Below, piece after piece: positions 1-13,624 of a stretch of 64,000 bases of DNA. The stretch's first letter is position 1, and each line of letters opens with the position of its first letter. Both the position numbers and the translations under genes were made by a program. This stretch comes from Proteromonas lacertae (lineage: Eukaryota). The notes below the pieces were generated by a model. That model made no database searches, had not been told where the DNA came from, and saw only the letters and a list, made by a program, of their open reading frames with translations. The stretch covers positions 124,001 to 188,000 of the forward strand of contig NGBS01000876.1 of the NCBI GenBank assembly GCA_002245135.1. The letters run 5' to 3'.

Positions 1-25
1 ATTAATTGTTTTATTATTTGAATAG

Positions 26-694
26 AAAATCGATGTTTCTGTAATAAAAGAATCTTTGCAAGAACTTATTAAAACTCGTGAAATATTACGAAATTCATTC
101 GTTTATGAGTTTTACAATGATGAAATTAAAGAAAAGAAATTAATATTTGAAGAATATTTGGAAAGTTTACAATCAATTACTGAACAGTTAAGTGATGCAA
201 TTGCGCGTGATCATTGGAGCGTTCCTATCAGTACAATGGTGGAATTAGCTGCCAAAGCAAAAAGAAAACGAATAGATTTTTTACAAACAATCAAAAATGG
301 AATTTTACCTGATTATATTATTGAAGAAATGAGAAATAATGAAAATGGTAGAAACCGTAATGGTGATGAAATGTTGATGCGTCATCATCATCGTCATCAT
401 CATCATAATAGAAATCAGTTACACCCTGAACGAAGAGGTGCTATTATACTACCAGATAATACTGATAATAATAACAATACAACCAATACTACTGTAGCAA
501 CTGCTAATAATAATAATAATAATAATGTTGCTGAGAGTGATAATGATGATGATGATGGTGATGGTGATAATAGTGATAATAGTATTCTTTCACATGCTAA
601 TATAGATTCAAATTTTATTGTAGGTATGCTCAGGCTTAGAGAAGATATATCACCACGCATAACAGCTATTCAAGAACCACCACCTCCTTCGTAA
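26..694 (+). CDS. 3' exon of an Ariadne-family RBR E3 ubiquitin ligase (Ariadne domain plus His/Asn/Asp low-complexity tail); gene starts upstream of the window
   Basis: Intron acceptor ...AATAG ends at 25. Peptide LQELIKTREILRNSFVYEFY...IFEEYLESLQSITEQLS resembles the Ariadne C-terminal helical motif (L..cR..L..sYv..yY...FE..Q..Le..tE.LS). Stop at 692-694. Confidence 0.6.
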   Translation, partial: KIDVSVIKESLQELIKTREILRNSFVYEFYNDEIKEKKLIFEEYLESLQSITEQLSDAIARDHWSVPISTMVELAAKAKRKRIDFLQTIKNGILPDYIIEEMRNNENGRNRNGDEMLMRHHHRHHHHNRNQLHPERRGAIILPDNTDNNNNTTNTTVATANNNNNNNVAESDNDDDDGDGDNSDNSILSHANIDSNFIVGMLRLREDISPRITAIQEPPPPS

Positions 695-881
695 TAAAGG
701 TTATAGTGTATTAATTTACTTGATTTAAGTTAAATATACTATTTATTTATGTTTACGTATGTGTAAATGATGTAATGAAAACAATATTAATTATCAAATA
801 TTGGTTGATGCAATTTTATTCACTTTTCTAAAAAAACTTGGCTTGATATTTGTTCTTCAAATTATTTTTTTGCTTTTATTA

Positions 882-2420
882 ATGGACGAAAAGATCATTT
901 TAGTATATACATTAAGAATTGTGTATCTCTGTATATTTTTTAATTTATATAGTGATGTTGCTATTGCAATTTTTGTTCTTTTAGCTGCATTATACTACAT
1001 AATGAGATATTTGTATCAAAATAAGGTGAAAAAGAATAAAAATGATGTATTATAATTCAAAATATAATATAGAATTCATTGGTGCTAGGGTTTTTTCATC
1101 CTTACTGTAATTCAGGAGGAGGTGGTGAAAGAGTGTTGTGGTGTGCAATTAAAGCTATTGATGAAATGAGTGCTGATTTAAAAAGAACATTTTCTATCAT
1201 TATTTACACTGGAGATGCTGATGATAAAGAAAAAATCATCCAAAAAGTAAAAAATGTATTTGGAATAGAATTTAGTAAGAATTTAAAAATCGATTTTATC
1301 AAATTAACTAAACGTCGTCTAATAGAAGACAAAAACTACCCTCATTTCACCATTTTAGGTCAATCAGTAGGTTCAATGTTTTTAGCATTAGAAGGAATAG
1401 GACAAATAACACCAGACATATTTATAGACACTACAGGATTAGCATATACCTACCCAATAGCGAAATATATTGGAGATTGTAAAGTAATCAGTTATACTCA
1501 TTATCCAACAATAACAGATAATATGGTAGGATTAGTAAAAGAACAAAAGGTGAATTATAATAACAATCCAATAATAGCCAATAGTCCAGCATTAACAAGA
1601 ATGAAATTAATATATTATAAATTATTTTCATATATTTATAAGATATGTGGAAGATGTAGTGATTTGACATTTGTGAATGGAAGTTGGACTGAAGGACATA
1701 TAAAGAAATTATGGAATTTACCTCCTAATAGTATATTATATTATATTATATTATTTATAAATAGAATTAATAAAATTATATCCACCTTGTGATTGTAGTG
1801 AATATGGAAAATTATCACTTAATAATAAGCGAAAGAATTGGATTTTATCAATAGGTCAATTTAGACCTGAAAAGAATTATCCACTCCAATTGGAAGCTTT
1901 TCGTTTACTATTAGATAAATGTAAAGAAAATAAAAATGAAGAAAAATACAATGATTTGATGTTAATATTAGTAGGAGGAACAAGAAATGAAGATGATGTA
2001 AAGAGAGTGGAAAGTTTGAAGTTAGTTTGTCAAGAATTACATATATCAAATAAAGTAGAATTTAAAGAGAATTTACCATTTAATGATTTGTTAAAATTAT
2101 GTGGAGAATGTAAAATCGGTTTACATTCAATGGTAAATGAACATTTTGGTATTTGTGTAGTTGAAATGATGAGTTCTGGATTAATTACAATTGCTCATAA
2201 TAGTGCAGGTCCAAAGATGGATATAATCAAAGAAAATGGTGTAAATGGTTATTTAGCTGAAAGTGAGAAAGAATATTGTGATAGGATATATGAAGTGTTA
2301 GAGATGAGTGAAGATAAATGTATTGAAATGAGGAAATTAGCTAGGAATCAAGCTAATGAATTTAGTCAAGAAAAGTTTATTATGAATTTTAAAGAATATT
2401 TTAAAGGATTTTTGATATAA
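882..2420 (+). CDS. ALG11: GDP-Man:Man(3)GlcNAc(2)-PP-Dol alpha-1,2-mannosyltransferase (GT4), 3 exons
   Basis: Motifs GFFHPYCNSGGGGERVLW, YTHYPTI, NGSWT, YPPCD, SIGQFRPEKN, EHFGICVVE, AHNSAGPKMDI. N-terminal TM segment. Introns 1047-1072 and 1731-1764 restore a single frame. Confidence 0.93.
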
Positions 2421-2487
2421 TATTGAGTTTATGTTATTTGTTTTTGCTTTTCCTAACATAAAGAATGTTAAAATTAAATTTGAATTT

Positions 2488-3705
2488 TTAGAAGGGTGTT
2501 ATTTGAGAGTTACTTACACAACAGCTATATTCTTTTTTACACCATATATAGTTTAAAACAATAGAATATATGAATGAGATAATTACAAGTAAGCATAAAT
2601 AAGCACATACTGTATATAGGTGATATAAAAATATCAACTTCATATTATCATCAAAGTTATCATATATTTTCTCAAATGAAGGAATTGAAAAACATATTAC
2701 ACCAAAAATACATGTCCATATAAAACAACATCCTAATCCATATAGTCTAGTAATATCTCTTTCAAATATTTTTGGATAGAGCAAATCTACAGTAATAATA
2801 TCACGACGAAATGAAGCTGTTATACCATTTCTAATAGGTATAACACCTTTTTCTCTTTCAAGTCTTTTATAATTCTCTTCTTCCATTTCTATTTCATATT
2901 TATCACCAGTACCCCTCATAATTATTATTAAATGAACGTATTGATAAGATTTATATTCAATGCAAGGACCACGATATTTTACCCAACTCACAATAAATCC
3001 AATACTAACAACAGAAGCGATTGCTACAAAAGGTAATTGAAATATTATCATTCCTATTATATATAACAAAAATAAATTAAAAATTGACAATAGAAAAGTA
3101 ATAAACACTAAAGTTATAAATTCGCAAGGACAAAAACATTGATAAAGTGATAAATAACTTCTTAAAGTGTATTGAAGTATAGTACAATCTTTATATGGAA
3201 TTATTTCTTTGCCTTTATACAATCTATAAAAATAAATTGGATAGACTATTCCTTGAGAAATAATGCTATAGATTGTTGTAAGTGTAAACCACATAACATT
3301 ATTTTCGTGAAGTATAAATTCAAATTTGTGAATAAATTTGTTATTATCATATTCATATTCCAATGTAATATAACATTTTTTATCTTTTATAACAAGAGGA
3401 TGTACTCCATCAAATTTAAAACAAATTCTTCCTGATTCTTTATATCCACTAATTGCTAATGAATGGTAATAATTAATTGTAGGTTCTCTTCCGAAGTATT
3501 TGAATTTGGTACGAATACAATATTCCTTTCCATCGTTTGAGTAAATATCTTCAGGAAAATCACTGTATATGACATAGGGATCATAAACTTCTAATTCTAC
3601 TTGATTTTCTTTTTCAGCTGAATTTAACTGAGAAGCTCCTCTCAGAATACTCTCACAAGATGAATGAAATAATATCATTATCATTATAACCTTATAAGAC
3701 ATCAT
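2488..3705 (-). CDS. Uncharacterised intronless multi-pass membrane protein with signal peptide
   Basis: 405-aa ORF with a hydrophobic N-terminus, a lumenal segment and about 5 hydrophobic helices. No recognised family motif. Confidence 0.6.
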   Translation of the reverse strand: MMSYKVIMIMILFHSSCESILRGASQLNSAEKENQVELEVYDPYVIYSDFPEDIYSNDGKEYCIRTKFKYFGREPTINYYHSLAISGYKESGRICFKFDGVHPLVIKDKKCYITLEYEYDNNKFIHKFEFILHENNVMWFTLTTIYSIISQGIVYPIYFYRLYKGKEIIPYKDCTILQYTLRSYLSLYQCFCPCEFITLVFITFLLSIFNLFLLYIIGMIIFQLPFVAIASVVSIGFIVSWVKYRGPCIEYKSYQYVHLIIIMRGTGDKYEIEMEEENYKRLEREKGVIPIRNGITASFRRDIITVDLLYPKIFERDITRLYGLGCCFIWTCIFGVICFSIPSFEKIYDNFDDNMKLIFLYHLYTVCAYLCLLVIISFIYSIVLNYIWCKKEYSCCVSNSQITPF

Positions 3706-4099
3706 ATTATCACTAAACTTTTTATCTCAAAATTTGAATATGTCAACGAAAAATATGAAAAACGACTTTTTACCCAAAAACTTGTTTTGTTTTAATGTTT
3801 AATATTCTATTTCAATTAAATTTTGCTATTAATTGTCAATAGTCCAGAATTGACAAAACGACGTTTTATCCCAAAATTAACAGAATTCATTTAATGTTAA
3901 AATTAAATTCATTTATATTTTCAATATTAAAACTAAATATTACCATTTTGCACAATTCTCTTTTTTTGCAATTTAATCTTTTTTCTCTTCTTGTTGGATG
4001 TTATTTTCTTCAATCCACCATCTTCTTATTTCACTTAAATCTTCACATTGATTTTCCCACCAACAACATTGAGATAGCTTATATAAATATTTTCGTTTA

Positions 4100-4972
4100 A
4101 TTCCTGAATGATCCTTCTACTTCTCTTAAATCCAAATGCTCAAAATCAGGTTCTCCAATCACTGATAATAAATTGGGATTATTTTTCTTTGGAATGGTGA
4201 AAATATTTCATCAAATAAATCGTTTAATCCAACAAAATATACAAAGAATTTGATTGTCTTTAATATTTTCTAAACTGAATCTTCATCAAAATGGCTTATA
4301 AGAACTGAAAAGTTTCTTCAAATCATCTGAATATTCATTATTTCTATTCTCCAATTTTGTAAAATCATCTTCACTAAATGGTGGAATATCTTGATAAATA
4401 GCAGGAAATATCATATTTGCATAATCATTTTTCCAATACTGATTAAATTCTTCTTGATTAAATTTACAAATATCTTCAATTGTTTTTCCTGCAATACCTT
4501 CATTATATAAATAAAAACCAACTGTTATATTATAAACCACAAATGAATAATCTGACCAACAGGAACATAATGTTACTTTTGGTATTGAGAAATTATCTAA
4601 TTCTTTTTTTATTAATTCTATCCACTCTTCAATACTGTTTAAATATGGTCTTATTCGAGGATCTTTAGCAACTATTATCTCTATTAAACTCTCCATTGAT
4701 AAATTTCTATCTAAATTATTTCTTTTAAAACAAATATCATTCTTATTCTTTATTTTAGCTTTGATCTTTTCTTTGTCTTTTCCAGCATATAATTGTTTTA
4801 AGGTATAGATTTCATAAAATATACAACCCAAAGCAAGTATATCACTTGATTCTGAATAAGGAGGTTTTTCTTCATTTTCATACAGTTCTAGAGCTATATA
4901 ATACAAGATATTACAATGTAATTTATCATACTCTTTCTGATAAGATTTTAGAAAAAAAAAGAATAGAATCAA
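4100..4972 (-). pseudogene. Decayed protein-kinase-family gene fragment (C-lobe only)
   Basis: Kinase subdomain IX-XI motifs SDILALGCIFYEI and DPRIRP. No N-lobe or ATG-led start, and stops/frameshifts downstream of 4286. Confidence 0.5.
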
Positions 4973-5029
4973 GCCAAAAGTTTGATTTAAATAACGAATT
5001 AATTTTTATTAATTCAAACCATTGCCTAA

Positions 5030-7174
5030 ATGCTTAATAAAATCCGTATATTTTTTCAAATATTGTTTAGTAAAAGATAAAAATGGATCCAAACCACAAA
5101 AAACATTTTATAAAGAAGGAATACGTCATAAAATAATAGACGATGGAATAGCCTTTGTGAATATGATAGCTTCAGATATCAATGCAATAAAAGCATTTGG
5201 AGATGATATTATTCAATTTTTTTATGATATATCTATTTCTTCTAATGCTCGAGATAGACAAAAGCCTTTAAAGTTTGCAGAAGCTATGTCACATAAATAT
5301 CTTGAATTATTAAATCGAACAGTATATATATTCAAATAGATTTATACTAACTAGGGTTGGTATGGAGATAAAGAACCATATGGTGATGACATATTGCAAA
5401 TTATATGTGGAATATATAGTATGGATAGAACAGGTATTTTTACCAGGTTGAGGTATGATTTAACAAATATATTCAAAGAAAAGTATGATTTCTATATATT
5501 TATATTGTATTTAAAATAGAAATCATTTTACGCTGCATGATTTAATAGGATGGGATCCACGAATAGAGTCTCCACCACTTAATCAGTATGATAGATGTAA
5601 ATACTGTCGATATATACCAAAAAGAGGTATAAAAACATGTAAGTGTAAGAATAATCCAAAGGCATTAGATGAAATGGTATTACTAACACCATTTCGTCAC
5701 TTATCTGTAGCATTAACTTATTCATTTTACATAACAACCTCAGGTATTGAAATCGAAGGATTAGATTATAATTCAGTATTTAATCATGTAAAAGAATTCC
5801 ATCCTTATTTATCAAGAGAAGAATTGAATCACTATTATAACGAATATTATGAAAGTGATGATTGTTTTAAAGCTGAATGTTATTTAGTAACTCATGTTTT
5901 ATTTACATGTAATAATTGGTGTGAATTAAGATTAAGAAAGAATATGTTTCCTCATGAATATTCATTTTTGATTAAATATACTGATACTGTGATTGAAATG
6001 AATGATGCTCATTTAGCTGGAGAATTTCTCGAAGTATAAATATTTATTTTTTTATAATATTAATGAATAGTGTTTGTATAGTTTTGGATTATCAGATGAA
6101 GAAGTAGTAATAAGAAAATTAATAGATTATATAATCTCCCATCAGAATAAAGATGGTTCATTCTCCAGTAAGCAAGATGAAGATGCATATTCACAATATC
6201 ATGCTACAATGACTTGTTGTCAAGGTTTGACTCATCACAAATATCGTGGATTTGGTCCAGGAATAGTGTCTGTATTACCGTTGATAAAGGAACAAATTGA
6301 AAGAGATACATTGAGAATAAAAGATAGATATGAGATGTATTTTAATAATAATAGAGAGGTTGTATGTGATAGTAGATATAATGATTTATTGATGTTATTT
6401 GGTGATAATGATAAGATAAAGATTCCTGATATAAAAGAGATTGAGGAAAAAATAAAATTAGAAAAAGAGGAGATTAGAAAAGAGAAATTATTGAATAAAA
6501 AGAAAAAAGAGAGTGAAAAGAAGAAAAAGAGAAAAGAAAATGAAGAAAGTGATGAAATAGAAGAAGAAAATGAAGAAAATGAAAATAATGTGAATGAAAA
6601 TAACAAAAAAGAGAAGAGGAAATTGAATGAGAATGATGAAAATGATCTAAGTTCAGAAGATGAAAAGATTACCATACATGTATAAATATAATATAATATA
6701 ATGGAATAGAAAAGGATAAAGAAGATTGAAGTTGATGATGAAATAGAAAAGAATAATAACAACAACAATAATAAAGAAAATGAAATGGAAGAAGAAGAAG
6801 AAGAAGTAAAAGAAAATAATGAATTAAATAAGAAACCTGTCTTTTATATTAAAACTAATATTCCAAGTTCATTTACAATGAATAAAGAGAATGAAATATC
6901 TCCAAATTCACCATTCCATCAAAGTAGAAATAGTTTAAATACATCAATAAATGATAATAATAATAATAAATCTCCACCAGATATATTTAAAGAAATAATA
7001 AAGAAAGAAGAAGAGATTAAAGTCCAAAATAATGATAATAATAATGAGAATAATAACAGTGACATAGAAAAGAAAAAGAATGAAGAAAAAGATGGTGATG
7101 ATGAATTATTTAAGATGTTTGAAGTATAATTATATATAACTTGTTTTTTGTTTTTTTTGTTTTGTTTTGTTTTG

Positions 7175-7233
<59 letters not shown>

Positions 7234-8635
7234 TTTTTTTTTTTTTTTTTTTTTGTTTTGTTTTGTTTTGTTTTGTTTTGTTTTGTTTTGTTTTGTTATT
7301 ATTATTATTATGTATATAGGTTGAATATCAATCAGATTACATACAATATCTTTCTGAAACAAAAATAAAGAATATTCCTGAGACAAAGTTTCCAGTGTAT
7401 GGAAGTACAACTAGCAATTATTTTGGAGATTATAGTGAAGATGAAGATGGAGAAAATGAAAGTAAAGATAATGAGAGTAAGAAGAATGAGGATGATAATG
7501 ATGAAGATGTTAGAAGTGTACAGATAATTGACAATAATATAACAGTAGGAAGATAAAAGGAAGAATAGTATTTCACAAGCTGCAACTGATGTAATGGAAG
7601 AAGATGGAGGAGATAAAGGTGATGAAAGTAGAAAAGATTGTGATAATAATAGAAGTGTAAATATATATAATGAGAAATCAATTATAGACAAAAGGAAAGG
7701 TGAAAGTAATAATGAAAAGAAGAAAGATGATGTAGATGAAGATATAAATGACATTCAAGAGAATAATCAGATTAATAAACAAAGTAATAGAATGGAAATA
7801 GAAATAGAGACTGATGCAGAAACAGAAATAGAATCAGAATCATCACAATCTCAACAGGAGAGACAAATAGAAGATAATAATGATGAAACAAGAAGATCTA
7901 CTCCAACAATGTCTGAGCTAGAAAAGGATAATAAGGAAAATGAAATGGAGATGGAGATAGAGAAAGTAAGTGATAAAGATGAAGAAAAAGAGAAGAAAGA
8001 AAATGAAAAAGAAAATGAAGAAGAAAGAATTAGAAAAGAAATATTGGAAAGAATTGAAAGAGCTAAAAGGAAAATATCAGAAACACAAAAACAAAACCCA
8101 CTTTCACCTAATAATTATACTAAACCACAATTGAAGCAATTAAAACCAAAAGCTAATTAAATTGAATAATGTTAATAATGAAAGTTCAACTAAACCTTGT
8201 GTTACCTTTACAGAAAGAGATCTAAAAATTATAAACGATTTACAGAAGATCAGTACAATTGGAAATACAATAGAAAGAGATGTAAATCCAATTACTAGTG
8301 AAAAAGATGATGATGTTGTTAATCAACCATTAACTGCAATTCAGAACAAAGAAATAGAAAATACTATTAATCCTATTATTTCACCTTTAAAAATATTGAA
8401 AGGTATGAATAAAGAAGAAATAACGGTTGGTAATAAGAAGAATGAATTAGAAAAAGGAAATACAGAAGTAATTAACGAAAATAATACATGTAACAGCAAC
8501 AGTAATGATATTAATCCTGTAAAAAGACCTTTTAATGAAGAAATAATAGATATTTCTGATGATAGTGAAGAGGAGAGTGATGATGATGATATTTCCCTTG
8601 TATCATCACCTGCTAAGAGATATAAAACTAGTTAA
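5030..8635 (+). CDS. Multi-exon protein: N-terminal alpha-alpha-toroid (terpene cyclase/prenyltransferase-like) conserved domain followed by a long acidic/Asn-rich disordered region with a C-terminal NLS-like motif
   Basis: ATG 5030 followed by short GT-AG introns. Motifs YLVTHVLF, GEFLE, IISHQNKDGSF (QW/prenyltransferase-repeat-like) and YHAT. Apparent frameshift near 8160. Ends IIDISDDSEEE...PAKRYKTS. The join of the last ORFs is uncertain. Confidence 0.5.
7141..7297. repeat. (GTTTT)n - poly(T) - (GTTTT)n simple repeat inside a 196-nt intron (7124-7319)
   Basis: Read directly from the sequence. Flanked by GT at 7124 and AG ending at 7319. Confidence 0.9.
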
Positions 8636-8732
8636 CATTATTTTAACGTTATTTGGTCATAATTTACATATTTTTTTTGTAAAATTTGATTCACATTTTT
8701 TTCGTTAACCATTCTTTTAATTTCTTTTTTTA

Positions 8733-10788
8733 ATGGGTGCTACTGCTTCTACAGCAAATCCTTTTCCTCCAAACTACGATATATTGGAGCAAAGACATCA
8801 TTCAGGTAATTTTTCTACCTATTTAGTGAGAGATCATAACACTAAAAAGGAAATGATGATGAAAATGGTATTTGTAAAGGATTATACACAGGAATGCGTT
8901 GAAAAATACAAAAATGGTGTTCTAAACATATGTAGATTAAAAATAGCCAGCATAGTTGAGAATACTTTTGTTCCAAGCAATGCTGATAATTTAGTCCTAG
9001 TTATGCCACTATTTCCTAAGTCATTACTATCAATTGACCCTTCAACTGAACTTAATGAGTCAAATCGTCTAGACATAATCTGCAAACTCTGTGATGCTTT
9101 AAAAACATTGCATGATAATTCATTAATCCACAGTAATATCAAACCATCGAATATTTTGATATCTAAGACTAATGAGTATTATTTAAGCGATTATTGTGAA
9201 AATTTGTTTTGTCAAGGATTATCTGATAATAAGGATATAAATTACAAGAGTATAGAGGCGATAGAAAACAAAGAACTGGATTGTAGTAGTGATTGTTGGA
9301 GTTTTGGTTGTTTAATATATTACTTACACACAGGAACAGCTCCATTCAAAGGTAGCGACATATTTGAAATAGGTAACAATATAAAAATGTATTTATATGA
9401 AGAAAGAAACCGCGAAAATGAAAAAATCAATAATCATCCACATGTTAAGAAAATATTACAGAAAATATTCTGCAAAAGAGAAGAAAGATTATCAATGGCA
9501 ACAATATTAGATAAAATAAATAGAATTCCAAGAGATAGAGTATCAATACACAGTAATGAAGGAGATAATGAAGAAGAAAAAGAAAAAGATGATGATGTAA
9601 ATGACATGACAATTGTAATACCAAGTACTATGGGAATAGATAGAAAAATAAGAAGAAAATTAGACGAATTAATAGAAAATTGTACAACTGATTTAAAAAT
9701 GGAAGATTGTGCTCATGGTGATGAGAGATTGAGATATTTATGTCAATATTTCCCTCAGTTCAAATTATTAGAGAATGTAATATTCAATAGTGATGGTATA
9801 AGTGATGTTAGTATAAATGATTTGTGTTTAAAGTTAAAATGTGTTCCAAACTTAAAGAAATTAGAAATTTCTCATAATAATGTTACAAATGTAGGAATGA
9901 GTATGATATCTAAAAACCTTAGTAATATTTCTCAATTAAATGAATTGAATGTAAGTTATAATAGAATAAGAAGTGAAGGGATAATTGAATTATCACATAA
10001 TTTATCATTCATTTCAAATTTGAGAGTAGTTGAACTTAAGCAATAACAATATTAATGATGATGGATTAATAGAGTTAAGTAATAATTTTAAATATACAAG
10101 CCATTTGACTATTTTGAATTGTAATGAGAATGGAATTTGTGATAGAGGATTTAGTTATTTTAGTAGTCATTTAAAAGATATTTCTGAAATAACAGTTTTA
10201 GAATTTAACAATAATAAGATCAATGAAATAAGTGCTGAGGAATTTAGTAAGAATATGAGTTATATAACAAAATTAAGACATTTAAGTTTAGATAATAATA
10301 ACATTTCTGATTTAGGTTTGAAATGTATAAGTGATAATTTGATGTTTGTGAGTGAGTTACAACTATTAGATTTATCTGTTAACAATATTAATGATACTGG
10401 AATTAATAATTTTAGTAATGAAATGAGATATTTAGGTAATTTAACAATGTTAAATTTATGTCATAACAATATTACTGATGATGGATTTAAGAATTTTTGT
10501 AATAATCTTAGTTCACTTACAAAATTAGTTCAATTGAATATTGGATATAATAAAGTTGGTAATTTTGGTTTAGATAGTTTAGGTGATAATATGAAATACT
10601 TGAGAGAGTTAGGATGTTTGGCTTTGGATGGAAATGAGTTTGATGATGATGGTGTATTGAATTTATGTAAGAATTTCCATTATTGCGACAAATTACAGTA
10701 TTTATATTTAAGAAACAGTCATATTAATGAATATACTGTTGGTAAAATTCAATCTTATAAACATTTAAGTGTTAATTATAGATTATAA
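8733..10788 (+). CDS. Myristoylation-type pseudokinase plus ribonuclease-inhibitor-type LRR protein (one apparent +1 frameshift near 10029)
   Basis: MGATAS N-terminus. Kinase motifs HSNIKPSNIL (no HRD Asp), DYC, DCWSFGCL. About 12 28-aa LRRs of the form LxxLxLxxNxIxDxG. The two ORFs overlap at 10030-10046 and join with a single-base change. Confidence 0.8.
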
Positions 10789-10894
10789 ATTATTATTATT
10801 ATTATTTAAATTCATGTTTTATTGGGATTATTGGAAAATAATAGTTTAATACTATCTACATCAAAATTTTTGAGTTTTAAAAAATAGAGTGGTT

Positions 10895-12491
10895 ATGGGG
10901 ATTATGAAATTTTATTTTCTTGTTTTTTCTGTTTTGTGCATACCATTTGTGATATGCGTTTGTCCAAATAATTGTAGAAATAATGAAATACCTCCTAAAG
11001 GACAATGTGGTGGTCCAGGTAAACAATGTACTTGTGGTCCTCAATTTTCAGGACTTGACTGTTCAGAATGTATTATTGTACTTATAATATTAAAAATATA
11101 TAGTGTCATGTAAAGAGAATTATGGTGAAAAGGATTGTAACGATCATGGTGTTTGTGATCATAGTAAAGGGGTATGTACATGTTATCCAGGATATACTGG
11201 AAGATATTGTAAGCAATTGACATGTCCAGTTGATGAAAGAAACAAAGTTTGTAGTAATCATGGTATTTGTGTTGGAAGTAAAGATTATAATAAGCATTTT
11301 ACTACAGAAGCTCCAACATCTTCTGCTGCTGATTCTAGTTCAACATATACTATTGCTTTTCCTGCTATTAAAAATCCTACTCTTTCATTCCCATCTAATA
11401 GTTATGGATGTTTGTGTAATAGTGGTTATAGTGGATATGATTGTAGTGTTAAAGAATGTCCAAAAGGTGCAGTTGATAATAAAGTAAATAAGAAAAAAGT
11501 AATATATACTGTAAGTGGTTCTTTTTCAGATAATTTTGAGATATATTTGCTTAATAAAGTAGAGGATGGAATTTATAGATATGAATCTGTTAGTATCAAA
11601 CCTACTTATACAAAAGATGATGTAGAGAGAGTGATAATGCAATCAGGAGTTACAAATTATGTAAAAGTTGAATTTGTTAGTAGTGATAAGAATACAGTAA
11701 AAGAATCAAGTAGTATTACTTTATATTTTCCAGGTGATGAGTATAATGTTATTAATAATGTTATTATATAGCACAATTGTATCTACAAAAACAGATTCTG
11801 CAGTAAAAGTGAAGGTTTCAATTAATATACTTGATGCAAACTATAAAAGTTCAACATATAAGGAATGTAGTGGATTAGGAAATTGTGTAGATGGTGAATG
11901 TCAATGTTGTATAATTGTAATTATCATTATTATTACTTAATAGTTGAAAAACCCCAGTTACTTATTTTGATCCTATTATATGTCAAATTGATAGTTCATC
12001 TAATTCAATATTCACAGATGGCAAATTCAGAAAAGGCAAAAACATGTGCAAAACATGGAGATATATTTTCTGATTCAATTACTAATTCAGACTCTGATAA
12101 ACATCAATATTGTAAGTGTTTTGATGGTTATGAAGGTGCATTATGTGATAGAAGTATTGATATTATTATATATATATATATTGAATAGAATTATGTAGTA
12201 AATTACCATCATGGTTTGGCTATCCAAAGTTAAGTGAATGTAATAATAGAGGATTATGTGATGAAAATGGTAATTGTAAATGTTTGAATAATGGATTTAT
12301 TAATGCAAATGGCGGTTGTTCTACAAGTATTATCATTATTTTTGTTATTATTGTAGTAAAATGTCCAAATGATTGTAATAATCATGGAAAATGTGTTTAT
12401 GATAGTTATAATCACTTCACTGGATTATATGAAGGTAAATGTGAATGTAATGAATTATGGGAAGGAGTTGAATGTAATAATAGTATATGAA

Positions 12492-12522
<31 letters not shown>

Positions 12523-13254
12523 GGAAAATGTCCTTATGGTCCAGATCCAGCAGTTGATTATTTAAAAGAAAGTGATGCCGATGGCAGTGGTCAGAGTTAT
12601 ACAAAAGTAACAATTACATTTGATTCTCCAGCAGATAAGAAATATAGATTAGTGTATAGAAACAGAGTTGCATCTGAAATAATTGAAATAAAGAAAACTG
12701 ATACGACTACTAATCCAAGTATTGTTATTCAACTATATTTAAATAATTAGGTTATGAAGAATTTATTGGGTTAATTACAAGAAAGAATGTATTAAAAGGA
12801 AAAATAGTGAAAGGCGAAGATAAAATATCACCAACAGCAGATAGTAATAAATATACTTACATTTTAAAACTATATTATGTATAATGAATATAATTATTAA
12901 TAATAGTATTGTCTTTCAAGATATAACAGAGATACTGGTAAAGATGAAGGACCAGAAATTGATGAAAATAATCTCATATTAGAATATTATGATGATACAA
13001 CTAAAGATGAAAAAAAATGGAAAATAGTAAAAGAAATTAAAGTAGAAACTGTTCCAAAGAACTTAAATGGTGTTTATGATTGTTTCAAGTGTAGTAATGC
13101 TGGTAAATGCAATGAAAATACAGGAGAATGTGAATGTTTTGATGGTTATACAAGCAGTAACAGATTATATGGAGATAATGGATATACCAAAGGTTATAGA
13201 GCTGATTGTTCTGCTCCAATACTATCAGCTAATCCAGAAGAGGATGAATTATAA
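10895..13254 (+). CDS. Secreted EGF/tenascin-like Cys-repeat protein, resembling stramenopile mastigoneme (Sig/Ocm/Mas-like) proteins; ends in EEDEL
   Basis: Signal peptide, then repeats CPNNC..GQC, CNDHGVCD..GVCTCYPGYTG, ECNNRGLCD, KCPYGPDP, CSNAGKCNENTGECECFDGY. Many ~30-nt introns and a few apparent indels. Stop at 13252-13254. Confidence 0.7.
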
Positions 13255-13624
13255 TATAATATAATATAATATATATTTACTTTTTATTATGATTATTTAA
13301 AACATTTTAATTTTATGGTTATTGAAAATTTATTTGGTCATTGAAAACTTCTCATTTTTAAAATTCTATTTTTTCATGTTAATCATTTGTAACACTAATT
13401 ATTATCCATCAAAGATAGTTATTAGATAATGTAGATGTGGATATTACCAATAAAATAGAATAAACTCTCAATTTAGTAAGAATTGTGTTCATTCGTTGGA
13501 ATATTAGTAGTTATCAAACTTGAATTTGTCATGTAGAAGATTTTTATTCATATCAGAATATTCTTGGAATTGAAGAACAACTTCGTCAATATTTTATTCT
13601 CAGTTTTCTTCATTGTTCAAATCA

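Noticed and set aside
6235..7754. Minus-strand Phe/Ser/Lys-rich ORFs (also 415-660, 39592-40179, 14376-15602 and 49447-49683)
   Set aside because: These are antisense or alternative-frame shadows of low-complexity or real coding sequence and of the intronic microsatellite.
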